Below are positions 36,461 to 46,773 of a stretch of 64,000 nucleotides of DNA, one piece after another. The stretch lies in NCBI GenBank assembly GCA_963721765.1, contig CAVRJP010000001.1, forward strand, positions 590,878 to 654,877, written 5' to 3'. The stretch is from an uncultured Chloroflexia bacterium. GTDB taxonomy: Bacteria; Chloroflexota; Limnocylindria; Limnocylindrales; CSP1-4. Position numbers and translations under genes: made by a program. Every line of letters starts with the position of its first letter. Positions within the stretch are counted from its first letter, which is position 1. The notes under the pieces are model-generated. The model did no database searches. It worked only from the letters and a program-made list of their open reading frames with translations, and was not told the DNA's origin.

Positions 36461-37730
36461 ATGTTCGAACGGACGGCGCTGGCCGACGGACCACGCGTGA
36501 TCTCGGCGCGCCTGCCCGCGGCTCGGTCGGTGTCGATCGCGGCCTACGTCACCGCGGGGTCGCGCCTGGAGACGCCCGGCCAGGCGGGAATGGCCCACTT
36601 CCTCGAGCACCTCACGTTCAAGGGCACCGCGGCCTTCCCGACCACGAGAGCCCTGAGCGAGGCGATCGAGGGCGTCGGCGGATCGTTCAACGCGGCGACC
36701 GATCGAGAGGCGACCGTGTACTGGGTCCGCGTACCGCGCCGCGAGACGGAACGGGCGATGGCGGTGCTCGGCGAGCTGATCTGCCGGCCGGCCCTCGACC
36801 CGGCCGAGATCGACCGCGAGCGTGAGGTCATCATCGAGGAGATCCGGGGCTACCTGGACGACCCCGCCGAGTACGCCCAGATCCTGTTCCAGCAGGCGAT
36901 GTTCGGCCAGTCGGCGCTCGGGCGGGAGATCTGCGGCGAGGAGTCCGACGTGCGCGCCCTTCCGGCGTCGGGCATCCGGAGCTTCTGGGCGGCCACGTAC
37001 CGCCCGGGGAACGCGGTGGTTGCCGTCGCCGGCGACCTCGAGCATACCGAGGCGGTCGAGCTGACCGGGGCGGCATTCGGGCGGGGGAACGGCGCCGTCC
37101 GTGGGTTCGAACCCGCCCCGTCGCTGCCCGCGGGCGAGCGGGTCATGACGGGCAGGCGCGACTCCACGCAGGCGCAGCTCTGCGTCGGCGTGCCCGCGCT
37201 CCGGCGCGACCATCCCGATGCGTGGGCGCTCTCGGTGCTCAACGCCATCCTCGGCGATGGGATGAGCAGCCGCCTCTTCCTGTCATTGGTGGACCGGGAT
37301 GCGCTCGCGTACGACGTCGGCTCGGGGATCGTCGAGTACGCCGACGCGGGGGCGCTCCAGGTGACCGCGGGGGTCGATCCGGGGCGAGTGGGTCGAGCGC
37401 TCGACGCGATCCTGCGCGAGCTCGCGCTGCCTTCGGGACGACGAGGTTCCCGGCGACGAGCTCCACAAGGCGAAGGCGTACCTGTCCGGCGGGTTGGAGC
37501 TGCGGATGGAGGAGACCCGCCACCTCGCATCGTGGGTCGGTGGCCAGGAGGCGCTCCACGAGCGAGTGCTCACGCTCGATGAGGCGCTCGCGGCGATCGA
37601 GGCGGTGACGTCGGCCGACGTGGCGCGCCTGGCGCGCGAGCTGTTCCGCGACGACGCCCTTCGACTCGCGGTCGTCGCGCCGCCGCGCTCGCTGCGTGGC
37701 CTCGATCGAGTGCTGCGGTTGCCGTCATGA
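36461..37730 (+). CDS. M16 family (pitrilysin-like) zinc peptidase, apparent 1-nt frameshift at ~37425-37431
   Basis: HFLEHLTFKGT (HxxEH) in ORF 36461..37582. The conserved C-terminus LRDDEVPGDELHKAKAYLSGGLELRMEETRHLASW...LRLAVVAP lies one frame over (ORF 37494..37730 and upstream). Confidence 0.85.
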
Positions 37731-38755
37731 CCGTCCCGTCGACGACCGACGCGGCGCACGACGCGATGACCGCCGACCCTGCGGCCGCCGAAGGCGCGTC
37801 AATCGGCGACATTTCCGCCGCGCCCGATCGCACCGTGCGCGACGACCTGCGGCTGGCCCGGATCCACCTGCGCATGGGCCAGCTCCTGCTCGCCCGCGCG
37901 GAGCTGGAGGACCTGTTCGCGCGCGACGCGCTCGACGTGGCGGGACTTGCCGGGCTCGCCGAGGCCCGCTGGCGGACGGGCGAGGGCCCCGGCGCGGCCG
38001 AAGCCGCGCAGGCCCACCTCGAGGCCGGCGGCTCGGACGACGTCGCACTGTGCATCGCCGCGGAGGCGGTCGCCGCCGACGGCCGATCGGATGACGCGCG
38101 GGCGCTGATGGACCGGCTCCCGGTCGCCGATGCAGCGACCTTGGACGCGCTGTTCGCGGGCATGCCCCGGCGTGCCTTCTGGCCTGCCGGGCCGGTCGAT
38201 CGGAGCGATCTGGACGAGCTCCGACGCGAGACCGACGCGCGGGTCGCCGCGGGCCGGCGCGGGACGACCGGCATGCGGGACGCCGCGGTCGCCGGGCCGC
38301 CGATGGGCGGCGTCGAGGGCGGCGCCTCGAGTTCGGCCGACGGCACTCCCGACGCTCGACGCGCCGTGCCGGGCCCTCGCGAGGTGATCGAGGCGACGGG
38401 CGGCGCCGAGTGGGAAGCCGCCATCCAGCGCTCCACCGAGGACACGCAGGTCTACACCACAAGGCCCCCGGCGGATCGGCCGCGGACCAAGCGGGCCAAG
38501 GCCCAGCTGGATCCCGCTGCCGAGCTGGCGCGCGCCCGCGAGGAGCTCGGCTCGAACCCTGAGCAGGCATTCCTGCGGCTCTCGCTCGTGCTCCGCCACG
38601 ATCCCACGCTCGCGCCGTCCGTCCTCGAAGCCCTGCGGCTGCGCCGCGAGCCCAACGCCGCGCTCGTCCGCGGCGACGCCCAGCGCCTGCTGGGGCGACA
38701 TCTCGAAGCCGAGGCTGCGTTCGATGCGGCCGCGGAGAGCCTGGAGGTCTCGTGA
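37727..38755 (+). CDS. hypothetical Ala/Arg-rich helical (TPR-like) protein
   Basis: 342-aa ORF with ATGA overlap to the M16 gene and GTGA overlap to ndk. No recognised catalytic motif. Confidence 0.55.
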   Translation: MTVPSTTDAAHDAMTADPAAAEGASIGDISAAPDRTVRDDLRLARIHLRMGQLLLARAELEDLFARDALDVAGLAGLAEARWRTGEGPGAAEAAQAHLEAGGSDDVALCIAAEAVAADGRSDDARALMDRLPVADAATLDALFAGMPRRAFWPAGPVDRSDLDELRRETDARVAAGRRGTTGMRDAAVAGPPMGGVEGGASSSADGTPDARRAVPGPREVIEATGGAEWEAAIQRSTEDTQVYTTRPPADRPRTKRAKAQLDPAAELARAREELGSNPEQAFLRLSLVLRHDPTLAPSVLEALRLRREPNAALVRGDAQRLLGRHLEAEAAFDAAAESLEVS

Positions 38756-39213
38756 CCGAGCGAACGCTCGTCCTCGTCAAGCCCGATGGCGTGCAGCGCC
38801 TGCTCGTGGGTCGGATCGTGGCCCGGTTCGAGGAGCGCGGCCTGAAGCTTGTCGGCCTGAAGCTCGTGCACGTCGATCGACCCCTCGCCGAGCGGCACTA
38901 CGAAATCCACCGCGGCAAGCCGTTCTTCGAGGGCCTGCTCGACTTCATCACCTCCGCCCCGCTCGTTGCCCTGGCGCTCGAGGGCCCGAACGCGATTGCA
39001 GTCGTTCGGTCGATGGTCGGCGCGACGCGACCCCACGAGGCGGCGCCCGGCTCGATCCGGGGCGACCTCGCGCTCGAGACGGCCCAGAACCTGGTCCACG
39101 CCTCCGACGGCGCCGAGACCGCGACCGCGGAGCTCGCGATGTGGTTCGCGCCCGGCGAGCTCGTCGACTACGACCGCGAGGTCGATCGCTGGGTGCTCGC
39201 GCCCGAGGAGTAG
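38752..39213 (+). CDS. ndk: nucleoside-diphosphate kinase
   Basis: TLVLVKPDGV, GATRP..AAPGSIRGD and NLVHASD motifs. Confidence 0.93.
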   Translation: MTERTLVLVKPDGVQRLLVGRIVARFEERGLKLVGLKLVHVDRPLAERHYEIHRGKPFFEGLLDFITSAPLVALALEGPNAIAVVRSMVGATRPHEAAPGSIRGDLALETAQNLVHASDGAETATAELAMWFAPGELVDYDREVDRWVLAPEE

Positions 39214-39282
39214 AGGCGCTCCGAACGCGGCGAGCGGCAGGGCGCGAGTCGCCGGGTAGCCCGGTCGCCGTGTCCGCTCGGG

Positions 39283-40749
39283 TCAGGTGCCGCCGCCCGC
39301 ACCCCCAGCGGACGTCACCAGCGCCATCGCCGCCAGCACGATCACGCCGATCGCGGCGAGCGGCGCCCGGTTCGCCTTGAGCTCGGCAGGGATCGCCCGG
39401 ATTGCCTGGCGGCGATCCCCATCGGACCATCCCTCCGCGCGTCCGCCGCTCCAGTGGAGCATGCCCGACGGCCCGGCACCCACTGCGAGGCTCACCGGCG
39501 CGAGGCCCGCCATCGCGATCCGCCCGAGGTAGACCGCGGGCATCAGGGCGACGAGGAGCGCGACCACCACGCCGACGTCCGGCAGCGCGGCCGACACCAG
39601 GCCGGTCCGCGCCTCGAACAGCGACATTGTCGGCAAGCCGACCGCCGACACGATGATCGCCGCGAATGCCAGGCCGAGGACGGGAGATCGCCGCGCCCAG
39701 CCACCGAGGTCTTCGAGCCGATGGCCGCCGTAGGTCGACCGGACCACCCCGGCCCAGGCCGCGAGCGCGGTCTTGACCGTCGCGCTGGCGACGAGCCAGT
39801 TGCGCGCGGCCCCGACGGCAGCCGGCTCCAGCGACGCGAAGGCGAGCACGGCCACGCCGGCATCCGCGAGGATCGAATAGCCGAGGACATGCTCGATGTC
39901 GTCGTGGACCATCGCCGCCAGGCCGCCGAGCACGACGCTCACGAGCGCAAGTGAGACGATGAGCAGGCGCTCGACGTCGCCCACCGCCGTGGGCTGGAGC
40001 GCGACCTGGCTCCATTCGAGCGCGACGAGCACGAACGCGGCGCTGCCCCACGCGAACGCGGCGGGAATCGCCAGCGGGCTTACGCCCTCCATGAACCGTG
40101 CCGCCCAGACGTGCAGCGGGATGAGCCCGCATCGAACGGCGACGGCGGAGACGATCCCGAGCAGGGCCAACCCCAGGCCGAACCGACCGTCCGACTCCAG
40201 CGCAAGCCCCGACCCGCCGCCGAGCGGGCCCGCGGCAGACGCGCCCCAGGCGATGACGGCGAGCCCGAGCAGCCCCGAGCCGATCACGGCCAACGAGCCC
40301 CGCCCCGTCGTGATGAGGCGCGACGTCACTGACGTGTTGTCGAGCCAGCCCGCGAGCCCGGGGATGACGACGCCGGCGACGCCACCCGCGGCGAGGGCGG
40401 CCATGGAGCTCGCCGGATCCTTGGTCGCGAGCGCGATCCCCGCGACGGCCAGGCCCACGAGCGACGGTCCGACGACGGTCGGCCTTCCGCCGACCGCGAG
40501 CTCGAGGAGACCCAGCACCGCCGTGCCCGCAGACCAGGCGACGGCCATCGCCCGGACGACCGGCGTGCTCACCAGGCCGACGCCGCCGAGGACGAGCGAC
40601 TCCTCCGGCGGCATGGCCAGCGCCAGTCCGAGGACAACGATGCTGGCGACGAAGCCGATGACCAGGGCGACGAATCGGCGCTGGCCCGCCAGCACGATGA
40701 TCGCCAGGCCCGCGCCGAGCGCCACCATCGTGAGCGCCAGCAGCGTCAC
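39283..40749 (-). CDS. proton-conducting membrane transporter subunit (NuoN/MrpD-like), orphan
   Basis: 488 aa with ~14 TM segments and a GLIPLHVWAARFMEGVSPLAIPAAF motif resembling the NuoL/M/N signature. No other nuo/mrp genes are nearby. Confidence 0.6.
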   Translation of the reverse strand: MTLLALTMVALGAGLAIIVLAGQRRFVALVIGFVASIVVLGLALAMPPEESLVLGGVGLVSTPVVRAMAVAWSAGTAVLGLLELAVGGRPTVVGPSLVGLAVAGIALATKDPASSMAALAAGGVAGVVIPGLAGWLDNTSVTSRLITTGRGSLAVIGSGLLGLAVIAWGASAAGPLGGGSGLALESDGRFGLGLALLGIVSAVAVRCGLIPLHVWAARFMEGVSPLAIPAAFAWGSAAFVLVALEWSQVALQPTAVGDVERLLIVSLALVSVVLGGLAAMVHDDIEHVLGYSILADAGVAVLAFASLEPAAVGAARNWLVASATVKTALAAWAGVVRSTYGGHRLEDLGGWARRSPVLGLAFAAIIVSAVGLPTMSLFEARTGLVSAALPDVGVVVALLVALMPAVYLGRIAMAGLAPVSLAVGAGPSGMLHWSGGRAEGWSDGDRRQAIRAIPAELKANRAPLAAIGVIVLAAMALVTSAGGAGGGT

Positions 40750-40801
40750 CCGGGCACCGTCATCACAGTGGTGGTCATCGCACTGGCGCCACGCAGTTTG
40801 G

Positions 40802-41512
40802 TCACCTCGCGCGTGCGGTGCGGCGCAGGTCGGCGGCGGTCACGTCGGCGTCCTCGGTGAGCCGCGCGGTCACGGCCGCCCGAGCGAGGGTCGCACCCGT
40901 AGCGCCGCTGACGACGAGCAGCGCGGCGCGGGCGATCTCCTCCAGCTCCGTCCCGGGGCCGGCGATGCCGACCCGGATCAGCAGCACGGCCTGCGTGACG
41001 AGCACCAGCCCGATCGCGCGTCGACCGCCGGGCTGGCCGTGGATCAGCGGCGCCACGGCGAGCGCGAGCAGGCCCGTGCCGGCGGCGACCGTCATCGCCA
41101 TCGCCGTGATCGTGGCGCTCCCGTCGCCCGCCGCCCCTGGGTTGATCGGGCCGGGTGCCGTCGGTCCGCCGACCGGTACCCCATTCGCCGCGGCGAGCGT
41201 CGTCAGGGCGACCGCGACGCCAAGCCCTGCGATCGCACCCGCGGTCGCGAGCAACGCCTCCGCGGGCCAGCCGAGCGGCGATGGTTGTCGCGCGCCGCCG
41301 CGGAGCGCGGATCGGACGATCGTCGCCACGAGCAGCGCCGCCACGACGCGCACGCCGAGGATGGCGGCCGAGGGCAGTCGTTCGACGAGCAGCGCCGCGG
41401 CGACGAGCGCCACCGCGAGCCCGATCGCCGAGGCGCCTGATTCCCGGGTGGACACCGCCACGACCGCGCCGGCACAGATCGCGAGGACGATCGCGACCAG
41501 CACCAGGTTCAT
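40802..41512 (-). CDS. hypothetical polytopic membrane protein
   Basis: 236-aa Ala/Val/Leu/Gly-rich protein with ~6 TM segments. ATG 41512 overlaps the lepB stop (ATGA). Confidence 0.5.
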   Translation of the reverse strand: MNLVLVAIVLAICAGAVVAVSTRESGASAIGLAVALVAAALLVERLPSAAILGVRVVAALLVATIVRSALRGGARQPSPLGWPAEALLATAGAIAGLGVAVALTTLAAANGVPVGGPTAPGPINPGAAGDGSATITAMAMTVAAGTGLLALAVAPLIHGQPGGRRAIGLVLVTQAVLLIRVGIAGPGTELEEIARAALLVVSGATGATLARAAVTARLTEDADVTAADLRRTARAR

Positions 41513-42126
41513 GTGCTCGGGCTGGACTCCGGGGCCGCGCTGGCGTTGAGCTCCGCGTGCGTCGGCGTCTCGAGGACCCCGAACGTGTCGAACGGCCAGT
41601 ACCGAAGCCACGCGCGGCCGATGACGTGCGACACCTCGATCGGGCCGAAGTTCCGCGAATCGGCAGACGCCTGTCGATGGTCGCCCATGACGAGGATCTC
41701 GCCCTCGGGCACGAGCCACTCTGAGAGCCCGCCGGCCGTGGGATCGGTGGTCTGGGGAAGGCCATCCTCGACGAAGATGTACGGCTCGTCGAGCTCGACG
41801 TCGTTGACGAAGACCTTGCCCTCCCGCAGCTCGACCAGCTCGCCCGGCAGCCCGATCACCCGCTTGATGAACGGCACGTTGGCGCCCGACGTCCACGATT
41901 CCGGTGGATCGAAGACGACGATGTCGCCGTGGGAGTACGGCGCCCAGCGCGGCGTCAGCTTGTCGACGAGGACATATTGATCGGGTAGGAGCGTGCTCTC
42001 CATCGAGAGCTGCTGGACCTTGTACGGCTGGGCGACGAAGGTCTGGATTCCGAGGAAGATGACGATCGTCAGGACGAGGGTCTCGACCACCTCGAACAGG
42101 CAGCCGAGCGCCGGGCGTTGACTCAC
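41509..42126 (-). CDS. lepB: signal peptidase I
   Basis: SMESTL (catalytic Ser box), GDIVVF, KRVIGLPGE and GDHRQASADSR boxes. The start is set at GTG 42126, just before the TM helix (uncertain). Confidence 0.85.
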   Translation of the reverse strand: MSQRPALGCLFEVVETLVLTIVIFLGIQTFVAQPYKVQQLSMESTLLPDQYVLVDKLTPRWAPYSHGDIVVFDPPESWTSGANVPFIKRVIGLPGELVELREGKVFVNDVELDEPYIFVEDGLPQTTDPTAGGLSEWLVPEGEILVMGDHRQASADSRNFGPIEVSHVIGRAWLRYWPFDTFGVLETPTHAELNASAAPESSPST

Positions 42127-42316
42127 GGGTGGGGTCGCTGGCTCACAGGAGCGGGAGTATAGGGGCGGGCCTCGTGCTAGACTCCGGCCCGGCCCGGATG
42201 GGTCCGATCGGCGCGACCAACGGACCACCGGCATTTCCTGACCCACACGCACGTGCGACGCCCTGCCCACGGGCGCCCGTGCATCAGCACCTGAGCCAGG
42301 AGGATCCCCGAGCCCG

Positions 42317-44548
42317 ATGGATGCCAGCACCCTTCAACTGACCATCCCGGTCGCCGGCATCGTCGCCGTGCTGTTCGCGATCTACCTCGCCCGTGACGTG
42401 CTGTCGCGCGACAAGGGGCCGCAGGCAATGCAGGACGTGGCCGACACGATCCGCGAGGGCGCTGACGCATTCATCAAGCGCCAGTACACGACGATCGGCG
42501 TGCTCGCCCTCGTCGGTGCCGTGGTCATCGGCCTCGTCATCACCCTGTTCGAGGGCGAGGAGGTCGCGGACACCAACGTCTTCGGGCTCGATCTCGGCTG
42601 GCGGACGGGGATCGCATTCCTGGTCGGGGCGGCGTGCTCGATGGCGTCCGGGATCATCGGCATGTACATCAGCGTCCGCTCGAACGTGCGGACCGCCGCG
42701 GCCGCCCGCCGCAGCCTGGTCGAGGCCGTGCAGGTCGCGATGCGCGGCGGCGCCGTCTCGGGCTTCCTCGTCGTGGCGCTGTCGCTCCTCGGCGTGTGGG
42801 GCATCTTCGCCGCATTCGGCGGGCTCAATGGCGGGGAGGCGACGCGCGACGCGCCCTTCCTGATCGTCGGCTTCGGCTTCGGGGCGTCGTTCGTGGCCCT
42901 GTTCGCTCAGCTCGGTGGCGGCATCTACACGAAGGCGGCTGACGTCGGCTCCGACCTCGTCGGCAAGGTCGAGAAGGGCATCCCCGAGGACGATCCGCGG
43001 AACGCCGCGGTCATCGCCGACCTCGTCGGCGACAACGTGGGCGACTGCGCCGGCCGCGGCGCGGACCTGTTCGAGTCCACCGCGGCCGAGAACATCGGCG
43101 CGATGATCCTGGGCGTCGGCGCGTTCCTCATCGCCCAGGCGAACAACTGGCCGAACCCACAGGCGTGGATCTTCTTCCCGCTCGTCGTTCGCGGCTTCGG
43201 CCTGATGGCAACGATCGTGGCCATCTTCTTCGTCCGCGGCCGCGAGGACGAGAACCCGATGAACATGCTCAACCGCGGGTACTGGGTCACCACGATCCTG
43301 TCCGTGGTCGGCCTGCTCGTCACCACGAACCTGATGATGAGCACCGGGCCGGACCTGCCATCGAACGGCATCCCGGCGTGGGTCTGGTTCTTCGGAGCCG
43401 GCGTCGTCGGGCTCGCGACGTCCGTCGCGTTCGTCTACATCACCCAGTACTACACCGCCGGCACGTTCCGCCCGGTTCGTGAGATCGCCGAGGCGTCCAA
43501 GACAGGCCCGGCGACGAACATCATCTCGGGCACCGCGGTCGGCTTCGAGACGACCTTCGTCACGGCGATCACCATCGGCATCGCGCTGTGGGCGAGCCAC
43601 TGGCTCGGCACTCAGGCCCAGCTCACGACCGCGGATGGTCGCGACGTCGGGGGCATCTTCGGGACCGCGGTGGCGACCATGGGCATGCTCATGACGACGG
43701 CCTACATCCTCGCGATGGATACGTTCGGCCCGATCACCGACAACGCCGGCGGCATCGCCGAGTTCAGCCGCGCCGAGGCCGGCGCCCGCGAGATCACCGA
43801 CCGCCTCGACGCGGTCGGCAACACGACCAAGGCGCTCACCAAGGGCTACGCCATCGCATCGGCATCGCTCGCCGCGTTCCTGCTGTTCAGCGCCTACATC
43901 GACAAGGTCAACCTGATCATCGGTCGCCAGATCGAGGCCGGAACAGCCGCCGGTCGGCAGCTGCTCACGTCGGTCAACCTCGCGAACGTCGATGTCTTCA
44001 TCGCCGGCCTGATCGGCGCGATGCTCGTGTACTTCTTCAGCTCGCTGGCGATCCGCGCCGTGGGCACGACGGCCCAGGCGATCATCGTCGAGGTCCGCCG
44101 CCAATTCCGGGAGATGCCCGGGATCATGGACTACACCCAGCGCCCGGACTACGCCCGGGTCGTCGACATCACGACCCGAGCCGCGCTCCGCCAGATGGTC
44201 CTGCCGGGCGTCGTGGCGGTCGCGACCCCGATCATCGTCGGCCTGCTCCTCGGCCACGAAGCCGTCGCGGGCATGCTGATGGTCGGCACGATCGCGGGCG
44301 TGCTGCTCGCCACCGTGCTGAACAACGGCGGCGGCGCGTGGGACAACGCCAAGAAGTACATCGAATCGGGCAACCTCAAGGACGACGACGGCAACGTCCT
44401 CGGCAAGGGCACGCCGGCACATGCGGCGGCCGTCGTCGGCGACACCGTCGGCGACCCGTTCAAGGACACCGCGGGCCCGTCGCTGCACGTTCTGGTCAAG
44501 CTCCTCGCGACGATCACGCTGGTGCTCGCGCCCCTGTTCATCCGCTAG
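42317..44548 (+). CDS. hppA: membrane-bound proton-translocating pyrophosphatase
   Basis: 743 aa with GGGIYTKAADVGSDLVGK, DNVGDCAGRGADLFES and GDTVGDPFKDTAGPS signatures. Confidence 0.95.
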   Translation: MDASTLQLTIPVAGIVAVLFAIYLARDVLSRDKGPQAMQDVADTIREGADAFIKRQYTTIGVLALVGAVVIGLVITLFEGEEVADTNVFGLDLGWRTGIAFLVGAACSMASGIIGMYISVRSNVRTAAAARRSLVEAVQVAMRGGAVSGFLVVALSLLGVWGIFAAFGGLNGGEATRDAPFLIVGFGFGASFVALFAQLGGGIYTKAADVGSDLVGKVEKGIPEDDPRNAAVIADLVGDNVGDCAGRGADLFESTAAENIGAMILGVGAFLIAQANNWPNPQAWIFFPLVVRGFGLMATIVAIFFVRGREDENPMNMLNRGYWVTTILSVVGLLVTTNLMMSTGPDLPSNGIPAWVWFFGAGVVGLATSVAFVYITQYYTAGTFRPVREIAEASKTGPATNIISGTAVGFETTFVTAITIGIALWASHWLGTQAQLTTADGRDVGGIFGTAVATMGMLMTTAYILAMDTFGPITDNAGGIAEFSRAEAGAREITDRLDAVGNTTKALTKGYAIASASLAAFLLFSAYIDKVNLIIGRQIEAGTAAGRQLLTSVNLANVDVFIAGLIGAMLVYFFSSLAIRAVGTTAQAIIVEVRRQFREMPGIMDYTQRPDYARVVDITTRAALRQMVLPGVVAVATPIIVGLLLGHEAVAGMLMVGTIAGVLLATVLNNGGGAWDNAKKYIESGNLKDDDGNVLGKGTPAHAAAVVGDTVGDPFKDTAGPSLHVLVKLLATITLVLAPLFIR

Positions 44549-44615
44549 CCGACGCGCCCAGAGGCCCTAAGTTCGTTGGCACCACTGGGCGCTCGCTCGC
44601 CGCTTCTGGTCGCGG

Positions 44616-44777
44616 TGCTCGCTGGACGAGCAGACCCGCGGGTCTCGGGACAGTTCGGGCGCCTCCATGGTCCCTCGGCCGGCATTCCGCTCGCTGGGCG
44701 AGCAGAACAGCTCCTATCGAGCCCTCCGGGCAGTCACCAAGCCCCCGGAATCGGCGTTCTGCTCGCTGGGCGAGCAG
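44616..44777. repeat. three REP-like hairpins (GCTCGC-TGG-GCGAGC core), ~70-nt period
   Basis: TGCTCGCTGGACGAGCA (44616-44632), GCTCGCTGGGCGAGC (44689-44703) and CTGCTCGCTGGGCGAGCAG (44759-44777), plus the palindrome AGACCCGCGGGTCT at 44632-44645. Confidence 0.8.
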
Positions 44778-44836
44778 GGAACGGGTTGTTCGGCCGAAGA
44801 GGGCGCCGTCGGACCGGCCGCGACTAGGCTGCGGCG

Positions 44837-45673
44837 ATGGATCAGATCGTTCAGGCGATCGTCCTTGGGCTCGTGCAGGGGCTGACCGAGTTCCTCCCTG
44901 TCTCGTCGTCGGGGCATCTGATCGTCGTGCCGGCGCTCCTCGGCTGGAACGACCCGATCCTGGAGAGCCTCGCCTTCAGCGTCATGCTCCACGTCGCGAC
45001 GCTCCTCGCGCTGCTCGTCTACTTCCGAGCCGACTGGATCCGATTGATCCCCGCCGGTCTCGCCACGATCCGCGATCGGTCGTTCAGGGGCGATCCAGAT
45101 CGGCGCCTGGCATGGCTCCTCGCCGCATCGACCGTGCCCGCCGTGATCGTGGGTGTGCTGCTGAACGACTTGATCGAGAACGCCTTTCGGGAGCCGCGCC
45201 TCGTCGCGATGACTCTCGTCGCCGGCGCGGTCGTGCTCTGGCTCGCGGACCGGCTCGGCAGGCGGGATCGGCAGATGGCCGGCCTCACGTTCCCGATCGC
45301 GCTGGGGATCGGCGCCGCGCAGGCCCTGGCCCTCGTGCCCGGCGTGAGCCGCTCCGGGATCTCGATCTCGGCCGGGCTCTTCGCGGGACTGGATCGCGAG
45401 GCTGCGGCCAGGTTCGCGTTCCTCATGGCGACCCCCATCACCGCGGGCGCCGGCCTGTACGAGCTGCGGAAGATCATCAGCGGCGAGGCGGGCGTCGACC
45501 TGCCGCTCGTGCCGCTCGTCGCCGGCATGCTCGCGTCGCTGGTCGCCGGGCTGCTCGCGATCGCGGTCCTCATGCGCTACCTCCGCACCCACAGCACGGG
45601 CGTGTTCGTGCTGTACCGAATCGGGCTCGCGGCCGTCGTCGTCGTCGCCTGGCTCGGGCTGTGGGATCGTTGA
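44837..45673 (+). CDS. uppP: undecaprenyl-diphosphate phosphatase
   Basis: GLTEFLPVSSSGHL and PGVSRSG motifs. 8 TM segments. Confidence 0.92.
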   Translation: MDQIVQAIVLGLVQGLTEFLPVSSSGHLIVVPALLGWNDPILESLAFSVMLHVATLLALLVYFRADWIRLIPAGLATIRDRSFRGDPDRRLAWLLAASTVPAVIVGVLLNDLIENAFREPRLVAMTLVAGAVVLWLADRLGRRDRQMAGLTFPIALGIGAAQALALVPGVSRSGISISAGLFAGLDREAAARFAFLMATPITAGAGLYELRKIISGEAGVDLPLVPLVAGMLASLVAGLLAIAVLMRYLRTHSTGVFVLYRIGLAAVVVVAWLGLWDR

Positions 45674-45691
45674 TCCGATGACGGTGATCCG

Positions 45692-46162
45692 ATGGAGGTG
45701 ATGAAGCAGCTCCGCCAGCGCGCCATTCGGGACCTCATCGAGCAGCGCCCGATCCGTACCCAGCAGGAGCTGGCCGCCGCCCTTCGCGAGCGCGGCTTCC
45801 GGGCGACGCAGGCGACGGTCAGCCGCGACGTCGCGGAGCTGGGGCTCGGGAAGGGGAGTCGAGAGGGGCGCTCCGCCTACGTCCTGCCCGCACGCCTGCG
45901 TGACGCCGAGGTCTCGGGAGAGGACCGGCTACGGCGCCTCCTCTCCGATGTCCCCGTCGAGTTCCGGGTGGCGGACCTGCTGTTGATCATCAAGACGCTG
46001 CCCGGGAGCGCCCACGCGGTTGCGGCGGCGCTGGACCGCACGCGGTGGCCGGAGATCATCGGCTCGATCGCCGGCGACGACACCGTCTTCGTGGCCACGG
46101 GCGACCGCAGCTCGCTGCGCCGCCTCAGGGATCGACTCATTGGGTTGTCCGGCCGGCACTGA
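45692..46162 (+). CDS. argR: arginine repressor
   Basis: Winged-helix N-domain (TQQELAAALRERGFRATQATVSRDVAELGL) and a C-terminal oligomerisation domain (GSIAGDDTVFV). Confidence 0.88.
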   Translation: MEVMKQLRQRAIRDLIEQRPIRTQQELAAALRERGFRATQATVSRDVAELGLGKGSREGRSAYVLPARLRDAEVSGEDRLRRLLSDVPVEFRVADLLLIIKTLPGSAHAVAAALDRTRWPEIIGSIAGDDTVFVATGDRSSLRRLRDRLIGLSGRH

Positions 46163-46182
46163 CCGAGTCCGGCGCCGGGTCT

Positions 46183-46211
46183 TTGACACCCCCAGAGGGG
46201 CGCGGTAATCT
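46183..46211 (+). promoter_or_regulatory. sigma-70/SigA-type promoter candidate for greA
   Basis: TTGACA (46183-46188), 17-nt spacer, TAATCT (46206-46211). 82 nt upstream of the greA GTG. Confidence 0.5.
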
Positions 46212-46293
46212 TCGCCGCCAACCCGGACTCCAGCCCGCACAAGTTGAATTCGCGGGGCTGGGGTTCTTTCCTTATCCGGGGGCGAGAACGACC

Positions 46294-46758
46294 GTGAACA
46301 ACAAGCCCACCTACATCAGCAAGGACGGCCTCGGCAAGCTCCGCCACGAGCTCGAGGAGCTGGTCTCGCTGAAGCGCCCCGAGATCGCCCAGCGCATCCA
46401 CGACGCCAAGGAGCACGGCGACCTCACCGAGAACGCCGAGTACGAGGACGCCAAGAACGAGCAGGCGTTCGTCGAGGGCCGGATCCAGCTGGTCGAGGCG
46501 CTCATCAAGAACGCCACGCTGATCGACGAGCACCACACGAACGACCACGTCCAGATCGGCTCGACCGTGAAGGTCAACGGGCCCGATGGCAACCAGACGT
46601 TCACGATCGTCGGCTCGACCGAGGCCAAGCCCACCGAGGGCCGGATCAGCAACGAGAGCCCGGTCGGACGCGCCCTGCTCGGCAAGAAGAAGGGCGAGAA
46701 CGTCACGGTCCAGGTGCCCGCGGGCGACATCGCCTACAAGATCGTCGCGATCTCGTAA
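46294..46758 (+). CDS. greA: transcription elongation factor GreA
   Basis: GDLTENAEYEDAK motif, a coiled-coil N-domain and a C-terminal FKBP-like domain. GTG 46294. Confidence 0.92.
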   Translation: MNNKPTYISKDGLGKLRHELEELVSLKRPEIAQRIHDAKEHGDLTENAEYEDAKNEQAFVEGRIQLVEALIKNATLIDEHHTNDHVQIGSTVKVNGPDGNQTFTIVGSTEAKPTEGRISNESPVGRALLGKKKGENVTVQVPAGDIAYKIVAIS

Positions 46759-46773
46759 GGCCCGGCTCCAGCC

